From Candidatus Micrarchaeia archaeon (GTDB taxonomy: Archaea > Micrarchaeota > Micrarchaeia > Micrarchaeales > Micrarchaeaceae): 50,672 bases of DNA. This document shows positions 27,869-36,857 of this stretch, in pieces. Below the pieces are notes generated by a model. The model was not told where the DNA came from. It saw nothing but the letters and a program-made list of their open reading frames with translations, and searched no databases. The stretch lies in assembly GCA_049964795.1 (NCBI GenBank), contig JBMFWY010000004.1, forward strand, positions 1 through 50,672, read 5' to 3'. Positions within the stretch are counted from its first letter, which is position 1; every line of letters begins with the position of its first letter. Made by a program: the position numbers and the translations under genes.

Positions 27869-28893
27869 GCAAGTCCTTCGACCTTTTCAATCGCCTTTAT
27901 CGCAGGCAACGAACAGACTGGCGCAGAATTGTTTATTGTAGGGCAAACGTAGCTTATGTATATATCTGCACCGGCATATTCGCCCCAGGAAAATTGATCG
28001 TTAAAGTTTTTGAGCTGAGAAAGCACCTGCGAATGCGTCATGTATGTCAAAGGCAAAGTTGTTGAAGAAGGCGTTGAATTGCCAAAAACTACAGCGTCTG
28101 CACCGCCTACTATTATGTTGCCCCAGAAGGTAAAAGGCGTGCCTTGGAAAAGATTTGTCGAGTTCATAAATGAAATTGCCTTCGTATATGTCGCATTTGG
28201 CGACTTGCTGATAAAATAGGAAAGAGGTTGTATCTGAAATCCCTGCTTTATTGGCGATTCATAATCTGAGGATATGAAGTTTATATAATTGCTCGAATAG
28301 TAGTTGCCATAGCCTACTCCTGCAGGGGTTGTATAGTTGTCAGCAATCCAGTATATTGTAGGTATATCGCCATCCCCAAAGCTGCTGTAACCTTTATAGA
28401 GTTTTGAGAACGAGCCAAACCTTGAAAGGGCAAGCGCCATGGCCCATTTGTTCTCTCCGCAGAATATACATGAAATTGCACCGATATATATTACGCTGGG
28501 TTTGCCGTTTACATAAAACGCGTTGAACTTGGTGTTGTTTGGCACCCTTGAGAAAACGACTTGGTCATTAAGCGTTGAATTTAGGAGCATTTCGCCTGCT
28601 TTTTCGAAATAGCTGTCTGGTGCATTGTTTATTATTGAAAGCTCGGTGCTGTTGAAAGGAGTATCTATGCCTTTTAATGTGCTGCCAAAGCTTGAATTGC
28701 TGCTTGGCGGCGTGCTGTTTGCTCTGCTTGAGATAGTTGCATTTGACGGCGCTGAAAGCGACTGATACTTTCCAGAGAGTGAATAATACTCAAGTGAGAG
28801 GAGCAAAACAGAAACTGCAAGCACGACTACTGCTACCGAAAGCAGCAGATCAGTAATCCTTAAGGTTTTCTTCACTGCATTTTCGTTTGGCAT
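27865..28893 (-). CDS. DUF929-family membrane-anchored thioredoxin-like protein
   Basis: N-terminal TM; NGKP.V.YIGA..CIFC.E.KW...ALSRFG.F, (G)TPF cis-Pro-like loop, C-terminal C...NN.APVC. Confidence 0.8.
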   Translation of the reverse strand: MPNENAVKKTLRITDLLLSVAVVVLAVSVLLLSLEYYSLSGKYQSLSAPSNATISSRANSTPPSSNSSFGSTLKGIDTPFNSTELSIINNAPDSYFEKAGEMLLNSTLNDQVVFSRVPNNTKFNAFYVNGKPSVIYIGAISCIFCGENKWAMALALSRFGSFSKLYKGYSSFGDGDIPTIYWIADNYTTPAGVGYGNYYSSNYINFISSDYESPIKQGFQIQPLSYFISKSPNATYTKAISFMNSTNLFQGTPFTFWGNIIVGGADAVVFGNSTPSSTTLPLTYMTHSQVLSQLKNFNDQFSWGEYAGADIYISYVCPTINNSAPVCSLPAIKAIEKVEGLA

Positions 28894-29048
28894 AGCATTC
28901 AACTTTTAAGAGTTGCTTGATGCAATAGGCACCAAATACGTATTTATTACATTGATACTAATTTATAATATTTTGTTGCAAGCAAGGTATAGAAGACAAC
29001 TAGGGCTTAGCTATGTATGGATTTAAGACGGCAGTACAAGAGATAGGC

Positions 29049-29819
29049 ATGCTCGAAAAGTCAAAAACAGAGCTTGCGGATGCGCATTGCCATCTTGATA
29101 TGATTGATCAGGCAAAAATAAATGAATCTCTCGAGTATGGAGTCTCGATAATGATAGCGAACGGAGGCACCACAAAATCCAACCTTGAAGTGCTCAAGCT
29201 TGCAGACCAGAAGCATATATTCGCTGCAATAGGCATAAGCCCGGACGTTGCCGCCTCGCTGAGTGAAGAAGAGCTTTCGTTCAACATAAACCTTGCGAGG
29301 GCTAATGCCAAGAGCATAAAGGCAATAGGGGAAATAGGGCTGGATTTCAAAATTGCAAAGAACCAAAATGAAGTTAAAAAGCAAAAAAGCGTGTTCGAGA
29401 AGTTTGTTGAACTTGCAATCGAACTTGATGTGCCAGTATGCGTGCATTCGAGAAACGCGATAGAGGAAACGCTTAGGATACTCAAAGAGAGAAATGCCAA
29501 AAAAGTGCAGCTGCATTTCTTCGAAGGCGATGAGGAGCATGCAAAAATCGCCGCGGAAAATGGCTATTTTATCTCTGTGCCTCCTCAAGAATCTTCAAAA
29601 AGAAACAGGGCTATAAGAGAATTTCCAATCTCACAGATAATGACAGAAAGTGATGCGCCTGCTGCAGGATCCTCGCCAAAGGATGTGGAAAAGTCCGTAA
29701 TGATTATTGCAAAGGCAAAAGGAATTGATTACCAGAAAGCAGCAGAGCAGACCGTGTCCAACACAAAAAGGTTCTTTAAGATTGGTGGACATAAACTTAT
29801 TCGCATTGCGGGCTCGTAG
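29049..29819 (+). CDS. tatD: TatD-family nuclease
   Basis: DAHCHLD, GEIGLD, VHSR, LHFF, ESDAP; start could also be 29013. Confidence 0.9.
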   Translation: MLEKSKTELADAHCHLDMIDQAKINESLEYGVSIMIANGGTTKSNLEVLKLADQKHIFAAIGISPDVAASLSEEELSFNINLARANAKSIKAIGEIGLDFKIAKNQNEVKKQKSVFEKFVELAIELDVPVCVHSRNAIEETLRILKERNAKKVQLHFFEGDEEHAKIAAENGYFISVPPQESSKRNRAIREFPISQIMTESDAPAAGSSPKDVEKSVMIIAKAKGIDYQKAAEQTVSNTKRFFKIGGHKLIRIAGS

Positions 29820-29896
29820 CTCAGCTTGGATAGAGCAACAGCCTTCTAAAGCAGGAAGAAAGCTGAAGGTCGTGGGTTCAAATCCCACCGAGCCCG
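29810..29896 (+). tRNA. tRNA-Arg(TCT) with a 12-nt canonical 37/38 intron (29849-29860)
   Basis: Acceptor GGGCTCG/CGAGCCC, D stem GCTC/GAGC, anticodon TCT 29845-29847, T-loop GTTCAAATC; removing AAGCAGGAAGAA gives a 75-nt cloverleaf. Confidence 0.93.
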
Positions 29897-30170
29897 TATT
29901 ATTTTTAGTTTTTATCCGAATTCTGCTATGTCGGATATCTTTTCAGTTATGTTGCGCAGAATGTAAGTGTCAAGCTTGCAATCTTTCGGTGCTGTATCTT
30001 TTTCAGTATCAAAGTGCAAGATAGGGCAAAAATTAGAAACAGGAGCAGGCTGAAAAAAAGAAATTGATTGAATTGAAATTTTTCAAATGTTAAGAATTGC
30101 TAGTGGAAGAAACCGCATTTTACGCAATATTTATAGTTATTTTTGATTTAACAGTAGTCAGGGTGGGTGC

Positions 30171-30944
30171 ATAACACTTGTAGTTTATGTATCATGTGCT
30201 GATGGAGTAGTGCTAGCCGCAGATAGCGGTTTCGAAATGAACTATTCAAAAGAAGAAGGCATAATGATACGCGGGGAAAAGATAAGGGAAATAAATGATG
30301 GTTTCCTGTTTTCCGGTGTAGGGGACTACGCTCTTATAGAAGGAGTTTACAAGTTGCTAAAGAAGAAACTGACGAAATCTAAGGGCATCGAAGATATAAA
30401 GGAAGAGATATTAGACGAATTTTCTGAGACAAAATATAAGCACGTAGTCAGGATGAAGAGATCAAAGGGGCGCGATCCGGAAGAGGAAGACGAAAGCATA
30501 GAAAACTCTATTTTTGCTTCGGTGATTTTGGCAAGCTATGATGAGAAAAGAGGGGGAGAAGCGGTGGTGATCTCGGACGATTCTATTCTTGACACTTACA
30601 GTGATAGCACCAACAAGATAACCAGGCTTGCAATTGGAGCAGGGGACACTATAGCTAACGCGTATTTGAGCAGGCATCTAGAAATGCTTTCTCTTGAAGG
30701 AGGAGGCTTCTTGGCATACAAAACGATAAAGGACACCATGAACGTTTCAGCACAAAAGCTCATGGAACCAATAACAATATGGGTAATGGACAAGAGCGGC
30801 ATAAGGTCTTTTGATGAGGAGAAGATGGCAAAGCTTGAAAGTATCTATGTGCTTTCCCAAAGCGATGAGAAGGAGCTCTTTGGCAAGTATATTGGAATGC
30901 TTAATGGCAAGGAGCCCAAAGAGAAGTCAAAAAACAAGATTTGA
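30171..30944 (+). CDS. Proteasome beta-like Ntn hydrolase (Thr1), probable ATA start
   Basis: In-frame (I/M)TLVVYVSCADGVVLAADS upstream of the track start; EKI, SG and AIGAG motifs. Confidence 0.78.
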   Translation: MTLVVYVSCADGVVLAADSGFEMNYSKEEGIMIRGEKIREINDGFLFSGVGDYALIEGVYKLLKKKLTKSKGIEDIKEEILDEFSETKYKHVVRMKRSKGRDPEEEDESIENSIFASVILASYDEKRGGEAVVISDDSILDTYSDSTNKITRLAIGAGDTIANAYLSRHLEMLSLEGGGFLAYKTIKDTMNVSAQKLMEPITIWVMDKSGIRSFDEEKMAKLESIYVLSQSDEKELFGKYIGMLNGKEPKEKSKNKI

Positions 30945-30953
30945 AGTGTTTGC

Positions 30954-31700
30954 TTGTCTCTGGTAATAGGCATAAAATGCGATGATGGAAGTATTGTAGT
31001 TGCTTCAGACACTGCGATGAGTCTTAGGGGCGACAGTGCGGACTATGTTTCCGTTAAGCTGGAAAAAATATATTGCGAAGGAGACTATATACTTGCAATG
31101 GCAGGAGCAGTCTGGCTGAATCAAAAGGTAAGGAGGCTTGCAAAAGAGATATTCAAAGATCGGACAGATTTTACCCAAGACATGTTCAGGGATTTTTTGG
31201 ATGGAACTGGAGAGATAATTAAGGAGGACATACTCCTTAGATTGAGCAAAGGTCTTGAAAGCGAAGAAGAGATAAAAAACAGCATAGCCATAGATGTGCT
31301 AATTGCGTACAGGGATAGGGAAAAGGGGGAGAACAAAATTTGGGTAGAGGATAATACATTAAGAGGCAGATATGTTGAAGAAAAATTTGTTGTTTTTTCA
31401 GGCAATGATCTTGCGTACATGCCGCTGAAGGAATTCGAGGAAAGCGAGATTGGAGTTCAAGAGGGAAAGCTATTGGCATTCAAAGCAGTAAAGGACACCA
31501 TGAGACTTTCCTCTTCTTTTGTTGCAGAACCGATAGACATCGTGGTTCTTGACAATGAAGGCAAAATGAGCAGGCTCGAAAAGAATGAAATTCAGAACAT
31601 AGCCAAAGCGTATGACAAAATGAGAATAGAATTGTATGGCTTGCTAAGAACTGCTGCTAATGACATAGATAAGCAGCATAAGCTGAGGAGCAAGAATTGA
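30954..31700 (+). CDS. Proteasome beta-like Ntn hydrolase (Ser1), TTG start
   Basis: MSLVIGIKCDDGSIVVASD, EKI, AG, FSG and PIDIVVL motifs; paralog of the upstream gene. Confidence 0.8.
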   Translation: MSLVIGIKCDDGSIVVASDTAMSLRGDSADYVSVKLEKIYCEGDYILAMAGAVWLNQKVRRLAKEIFKDRTDFTQDMFRDFLDGTGEIIKEDILLRLSKGLESEEEIKNSIAIDVLIAYRDREKGENKIWVEDNTLRGRYVEEKFVVFSGNDLAYMPLKEFEESEIGVQEGKLLAFKAVKDTMRLSSSFVAEPIDIVVLDNEGKMSRLEKNEIQNIAKAYDKMRIELYGLLRTAANDIDKQHKLRSKN

Positions 31701-31732
31701 AAGGCTCAGCACCTTAGAAGCAAAGAAGCATT

Positions 31733-32263
31733 TCAGCCAGTATTTGCTGCTTGCGAATTATCGCTATTTTCAGGGCTTGGTCCAGCTTGGAAAGCGATAC
31801 TTTTTTCTTGTGCTTTCCTTCCACCCCTTTTCTGTTGCTTGTCGAACTTCGCATTTCCAAATACTATATTGAGGTCTTCCTCGGCGGGGCTGTCCATCCA
31901 TGCCTTTATATACGTGGCTATATTCCTCAAGGGCTTAGTAAATCTGTCGGTAAATTCATAATAATTGCTTTCGTGCTTGAGAAGGCCAAGCTGCACTGCA
32001 AAATCAAGATAACGTTTGGCTGTGGCTATCGGCACTGCTGCAGGAACGTCCTTTAGCCTGAGCTGTTTTCTCTTTTTTATCTCGGAAAGGAGCAGCGAAA
32101 ATCTATAAGCCTCGGTGTCATTATCGAAGAATATCTTGGCAACTTCTCTCACTGAAGGATTTTTGAGTTTCTCCTTCAATGGAGCGTCCTCAAATTCCCA
32201 ATATTTTATTGACATTTGCTGCACCGGATAATGTTCGTGCTTTGACATGTGATGCTCCAGCAC
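31733..32263 (-). CDS. Hypothetical protein, possible winged-helix DNA-binding domain
   Basis: VPIATAKRYLDFAVQLGLL..E..YYEF resembles a wHTH; basic C-terminal tail; start uncertain. Confidence 0.6.
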   Translation of the reverse strand: MLEHHMSKHEHYPVQQMSIKYWEFEDAPLKEKLKNPSVREVAKIFFDNDTEAYRFSLLLSEIKKRKQLRLKDVPAAVPIATAKRYLDFAVQLGLLKHESNYYEFTDRFTKPLRNIATYIKAWMDSPAEEDLNIVFGNAKFDKQQKRGGRKAQEKSIAFQAGPSPENSDNSQAANTG

Positions 32264-32313
32264 CCTTCAAGGATAGTTAAGCTGCACATCTATATATCTT
32301 TTATGCAAATGCC

Positions 32314-33417
32314 TTACTTTATGAAGGTTATAATATCTCCATCTTGGAGCAAATGATCTACTCCTACTCGCTGATTTGAAAATTTCACGCTATTGCCTGT
32401 AACGTAGGCACATTTGAGCTCGTTTGCCAGCTTTGTGTGCAAGATGCGTGCTACCTCCTTTACAGAGGAGTTTGAATGGACAGTGATAGGTGAGATGTTT
32501 ACATTCTTAAGTTCTGGCTTAAGATAAATTCTCATAAGCCCCAGATTCCTGTAAATTGCCTCTTTCAAGTCTTCTATGTTCCTGCTGCTTGTAACGCTTA
32601 TTGGCACAACCTCCATGCCAAATTTGGCGTGTATGCGCTCCGCTATCTTTGCATAGTTTTGATCCAAGTCTATTTTGTTGAGAGCGACTATTGCACGCGT
32701 ATATTTGGATCTTTTTGCCATGAAAGAGATTATTTCGTCTTCCGAAACCATGTCCCAGATACGCACTTTTGCATTATGTATTCCAAATCCTGAAAGGATT
32801 TCTACCATTGCGTTATTTGGTATGCCGCTCTTGTTTACCTCAATTTTTATCCCTATGCCCTCCTTAACCTGTGAAATTTGTATGTCGGGCTCTTTCTTGT
32901 TTATTTTTATGTCGAAAAAGGAAAGCTCAGAAATAAGGGTGTCGAGGTCTTCAGGCTTTTCGACCGTTATTACGAATACGATCAAATCGGCACTTTTTGC
33001 GGCTGAAATCACTTCGGAACCCCTTCCCCTTCCGGAATGGGCACCTTCTATTAAACCAGGAAGGTCAAAGAGCTGTATATGTGCGTCGCGATAAAGCATC
33101 ATGCCTGGCACCACAGATAGTGTAGTAAAAGCGTACTGCGCCGTTTTTGAGCGCGCATTTGATAAGGTGTTTAACAGCGAAGACTTTCCGGCATTAGGAA
33201 AACCAACAAATGCCACAGTTGCATCGCCGCTTTTCCTTACGAAAAAACCTTCTCCATGCATTCTTTTTGATGCTTCTTGTATCTCCCTCTTCACTTTTGC
33301 TATTTTGTAGCGCAATATGCCAAGGTGCTTGTCAGTAGCTTTGTTGTATTTTGTCTTCGAATATTCGGACTTCAGCTCTTCAAGCTTCCCTTCAAGCTTT
33401 TCTACCTTTTCTGACAT
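32314..33417 (-). CDS. DRG/OBG-family GTPase with TGS domain
   Basis: NKAT..H, GFPNAGKSS, YAFTT, DLPG, NKID, QRVG.DH.L.DGD; start reset to ATG 33417. Confidence 0.92.
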   Translation of the reverse strand: MSEKVEKLEGKLEELKSEYSKTKYNKATDKHLGILRYKIAKVKREIQEASKRMHGEGFFVRKSGDATVAFVGFPNAGKSSLLNTLSNARSKTAQYAFTTLSVVPGMMLYRDAHIQLFDLPGLIEGAHSGRGRGSEVISAAKSADLIVFVITVEKPEDLDTLISELSFFDIKINKKEPDIQISQVKEGIGIKIEVNKSGIPNNAMVEILSGFGIHNAKVRIWDMVSEDEIISFMAKRSKYTRAIVALNKIDLDQNYAKIAERIHAKFGMEVVPISVTSSRNIEDLKEAIYRNLGLMRIYLKPELKNVNISPITVHSNSSVKEVARILHTKLANELKCAYVTGNSVKFSNQRVGVDHLLQDGDIITFIK

Positions 33418-33845
33418 ATCCAATCCCCTGCATGGCTTCAACGCTTGGAAAATTGATTTGGTTAATACAAGGATTTATACAAGCAAAGCAATAAGCTATG
33501 CTGTTTGCTGCAGCGAAGGCGCTTAGACATTGCTTTTACTGCGATTACAGGATATTGCACTGAATAAAATCCAAATTTTGACATTGTGTTTTTCAATTGC
33601 TCGCCACCATTTAACTTAATTACTCCATGCCGGATAATTTGGTATAGAGTTATTTATGCTTTTTTTATCTTATGCGTTTGTTGTTAAAAGCCAAAATAGA
33701 GCATACGCGCAAATCAAATCAAGATGATGTCTAAAGTATATTTTTATGTATTTGAGTATACCTTGCACGATTTACGTACACGTTGCACATCGACGATTTT
33801 AAATATATTATCAAGCAATAAGTAAATTGCAAAACAGTGAGTGAA

Positions 33846-33899
33846 ATGGCAAAGAAAGCAAAGTCTGCAAAGAAATCAAAGGGCAAAAAGAAAAGGTAG
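33846..33899 (+). CDS. Putative Lys-rich microprotein MAKKAKSAKKSKGKKKR (17 aa)
   Basis: TATA TTTTAAAT 33797-33804, SD-like GTGAGTGA, ATG..TAG, then a hairpin and T-tract. Confidence 0.6.
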   Translation: MAKKAKSAKKSKGKKKR

Positions 33900-33903
33900 A
33901 TGG

Positions 33904-33950
33904 GATAGGGTTTTTGCCTATTCGTATTCTTTTTTATTTTTTTCTTTTTA
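33904..33950 (+). terminator. Hairpin plus oligo-T terminator
   Basis: GATAGG-loop-CCTATT followed by a long T tract. Confidence 0.55.
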
Positions 33951-34005
33951 GTTCTCTAATTCTTCCCTAATTCTTATGTATGTATTTCTTTTTTAGAGCT
34001 GCAGA

Positions 34006-35301
34006 CTACATAAATTTAGGAATTTTCCTTCTGAATGACCTATCGTTCTTGAAATTGTTGAAAAGTTTTTTCATCTTGTTGAACTCTGAAATCATTTCCC
34101 TTACGTCTTTTTCTGAAGTGCCGCTTCCTTTTGCTATGCGCTGTATCCTTCCTGGTTCATGAAGCAGCTTTTCATTTTTTCTCTCTTGCTTGGTCATTGA
34201 TGAGATTATTGCATGGTAAAGCTTTAGTTTATCCTCGCCTTTTTCTAGCATATCTTTTGGAATGTCTGGAGCACCTATCATACCAAAAATGCTTTTCAGC
34301 GAACCCATCTTCCCCATCGCCTTAAGCTGCGAGTAGAAAGTCTCAAAATTCAATTCCTCGCTTTCCAGCTCTTCAGGCTTTATCCCTGCTTCGGCTATTG
34401 CCTTCTCAACAGTGCTTGAGAGAGCTTCGATATCAGGCACGCCAAGAAGGTTTCCTATGAACTTTGCAGAATCATAAGGCTTCAAGTCGCCAAGCTTTTC
34501 GCCTGAGCCAAGAAACATGACGCTTGCCTTTGCGGCAGCGGCAGCGCTCAAAGCCCCACCACCCTTTGCGGAACCATCAGTCTTTGTGAGAATTATTCCT
34601 GTAATTCCTATTGCTTTGTCAAATTCGCGGGCCTGCTTGCCAGCTGTTTGCCCCATGTCTGCGCTTATGACAAGCACTTTCTCTTCTGGATTGAAAGCCT
34701 TGCTAACTCGAACCAGCTCGTTTACCAGATCGCTATCTAGCGCACTTCTGCCGCTGGTATCACACACTATTACCTTTTTGCCTGAAAGCGCTTTTAAGCC
34801 CTCTTTGGCTATTTTTGCGGCATCCTTTTCGCCGTGCATGCCGAAGAAGGCAACATTGGCCTGCTTCGCAAGTGTCTCAAGCTGCTCGTATGCTGCAGGG
34901 CGTACAACATCGCAACATATTACCCCGGCACTTAAGCCCCTGTCCTGATAGAACTTTGCAAGCTTTGCCGCTGTTGTCGTCTTTCCAGAGCCATATAACC
35001 CAGCAAGTATTATCCTTTTAGGCTTGAGTTCAGGAGCATACGATTTGCCCATCAACTTTACTAACTCTTCATAGACCATGTTCGTGATATAGTCGCGCTG
35101 AGAAAGGCCTTTTGGTGGCTTGCTTTTAAGCGCTTTTTCCTCTATTGCAGAAGTGAATGCGAAGACGAGCTGCACCTCCACGTCTGCGCTCAGCAAGGTC
35201 TTTTGAAGCTCCTTATTGAATTCTTTTATCGTCTTTGAATCTATTATTGTGGCGTTGGTCAACTTTGCTATGGCCTTCCTCAACCCTTCTCCCAAATCCA
35301 T
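34006..35301 (-). CDS. srp54: Signal recognition particle protein SRP54
   Basis: L.ADV, GLYGSGKTTT, RPAAYEQL, DTSGR, TK.DGSAKGGGALS, M domain IISSMT..ER..RIA.GSG. Confidence 0.95.
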   Translation of the reverse strand: MDLGEGLRKAIAKLTNATIIDSKTIKEFNKELQKTLLSADVEVQLVFAFTSAIEEKALKSKPPKGLSQRDYITNMVYEELVKLMGKSYAPELKPKRIILAGLYGSGKTTTAAKLAKFYQDRGLSAGVICCDVVRPAAYEQLETLAKQANVAFFGMHGEKDAAKIAKEGLKALSGKKVIVCDTSGRSALDSDLVNELVRVSKAFNPEEKVLVISADMGQTAGKQAREFDKAIGITGIILTKTDGSAKGGGALSAAAAAKASVMFLGSGEKLGDLKPYDSAKFIGNLLGVPDIEALSSTVEKAIAEAGIKPEELESEELNFETFYSQLKAMGKMGSLKSIFGMIGAPDIPKDMLEKGEDKLKLYHAIISSMTKQERKNEKLLHEPGRIQRIAKGSGTSEKDVREMISEFNKMKKLFNNFKNDRSFRRKIPKFM

Positions 35302-35424
35302 AGTATCGCTGCTATTGTTTTCCTTTCTTATATTTCAGGACGTAAAATCAATAAAATAGGCATGTCAGTATTTGCAGCACATATATTAATATTTAGTGCA
35401 TCTTTTATTATCGGTGCATATCCT

Positions 35425-36564
35425 ATGAAGCTTGTCATTACACAGGCTAACCTTACTCTTAAGGGAGGAGCCGAGAGAGTAGTCCTTAAGATCGCAAAAA
35501 GGTATGATGCAAAGATATACACCGCTGAATATGATCGGGAACAAACCTTCGAGGAATTCAAAGACCTTGACATTGAGGTTATAAGCAGCAAATCTTTGCT
35601 TTCTTTACTGCCTTACAATAGACTTTCGCAAGGCATGAATTATGGCATGGCATTTTACCTCAAAAAAATGAGCGAAAATTATGATGTCATAAATGCACAT
35701 GTTTCGCCTAGCCATTGGATAAGGAACAAGAATGAAAGAGTTTTATGGTATTGTCACACTCCGCTTAGAGAGGTGTATGACCTTTACAGATACAGGCTTA
35801 GTATAAAAAAGAGGGTTGAGAAGCCTGCTTATATAATAGGGTCGATTGCAGTAAGGAATATAGACAAAAAAGTAGTTAAAAAGATAGAAGGCATATTAGC
35901 AAACAGCAACAATACAAAGCTTAGGATAGAAAGATACCTAGGGAGGAATGACGCCAAGGTCGTAAACCCCGGAATAGATGTTGAAGGGTATGAAAACAAA
36001 GGTACGGAAAGGTTTTTCTTTTATCCGTCTAGATTTTCCCCAAACAAAAGGCAGGAATATGTAATAAAGGCTTTCGAAATCTTAAAGAAAAGGTATGGGA
36101 AGTTAGGGTATAAGCTTGTGCTTGCCGGAGCGGTTTCCAGAGACAAATTTTATTACAGCTATTATGAATACATAAAGAAGTTAGCCTCAGAAGTGCAGGA
36201 TATAGAAGTGCTTGAAAATGCAAAAGATGAGGAAGTGCGCTCTCTAATGTCTAGGGCTACAGCGATACTTTATGCCCCGATAGACGAGGATTTCGGGCTT
36301 GTGCCGCTTGAAGCTATGGCTTCAATGAAACCGATAATTGCAGTAGGTCAAGGAGGACCTAAAGAAACCGTAGTCAATGGCAAAACAGGGTACTTGGTAA
36401 GGAACGAGGAGGAGATGGCAGAGATGATGAACTTTGTTATAGAGCACCCGAAGATAGCAGAGCAGTTAGGAAAAGAGGGGAGAGAAAGGGTAGAGCTGAG
36501 GTACTCTTGGAAAGAGTTCTTTGAAAAGTTTGACAAGGAAGCGAGGAAAGTTGCAAAATTTTAG
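35425..36564 (+). CDS. Glycosyltransferase family 4 (GT-B)
   Basis: GGAERV, YCHTP.R, SR..PNKRQ, EDFGLVPLEAMA; start reset to ATG 35425. Confidence 0.92.
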   Translation: MKLVITQANLTLKGGAERVVLKIAKRYDAKIYTAEYDREQTFEEFKDLDIEVISSKSLLSLLPYNRLSQGMNYGMAFYLKKMSENYDVINAHVSPSHWIRNKNERVLWYCHTPLREVYDLYRYRLSIKKRVEKPAYIIGSIAVRNIDKKVVKKIEGILANSNNTKLRIERYLGRNDAKVVNPGIDVEGYENKGTERFFFYPSRFSPNKRQEYVIKAFEILKKRYGKLGYKLVLAGAVSRDKFYYSYYEYIKKLASEVQDIEVLENAKDEEVRSLMSRATAILYAPIDEDFGLVPLEAMASMKPIIAVGQGGPKETVVNGKTGYLVRNEEEMAEMMNFVIEHPKIAEQLGKEGRERVELRYSWKEFFEKFDKEARKVAKF

Positions 36565-36566
36565 GT

Positions 36567-36857
36567 TCAATCTTCTTTTGAAGAAGGGTTTAGGCTTATC
36601 ACATATTTGGAAAGTATCTTCGACGCATAGTCAAGGACTTTCTTAACGTTTTCTTCGGTGCTTGTGCCCGTGCAGATTATCTTGCCATTCTTGAACAGTA
36701 TCAGCACACCCTTAGGATTTGCTATCCTGAATATTGCACCTGGAAACTGCTCGGGCTCATAATCCACAGCCTTAACTTCCCTGGACAAAGCGTAAAGGTC
36801 TATCACTGCATGAAAATCTGCGCTGACAACAATGTTTTGAATTTTTATTGGTGGCAT
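36567..36857 (-). CDS. Single-repeat (half-size) TATA-box binding protein homolog
   Basis: IQNIVVSA, YEPEQFPG.I.R...PK...LF..GKI.CTG make up exactly one TBP repeat; 96 aa. Confidence 0.88.
   Translation of the reverse strand: MPPIKIQNIVVSADFHAVIDLYALSREVKAVDYEPEQFPGAIFRIANPKGVLILFKNGKIICTGTSTEENVKKVLDYASKILSKYVISLNPSSKED

Noticed and set aside
29631-30024. ORFs 29631-29888 and 29707-30024
   Set aside because: Translations across tRNA-Arg (MGFEPTT is the usual antisense-tRNA artefact).
15211-31700. Integrated mobile elements at tRNA-Ser or tRNA-Arg
   Set aside because: No integrase, transposase or duplicated tRNA 3' end seen; most intervening genes are housekeeping.
33723-33760. Second box C/D candidate (GATGATGT)
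   Set aside because: No correctly spaced CTGA D or D' boxes.
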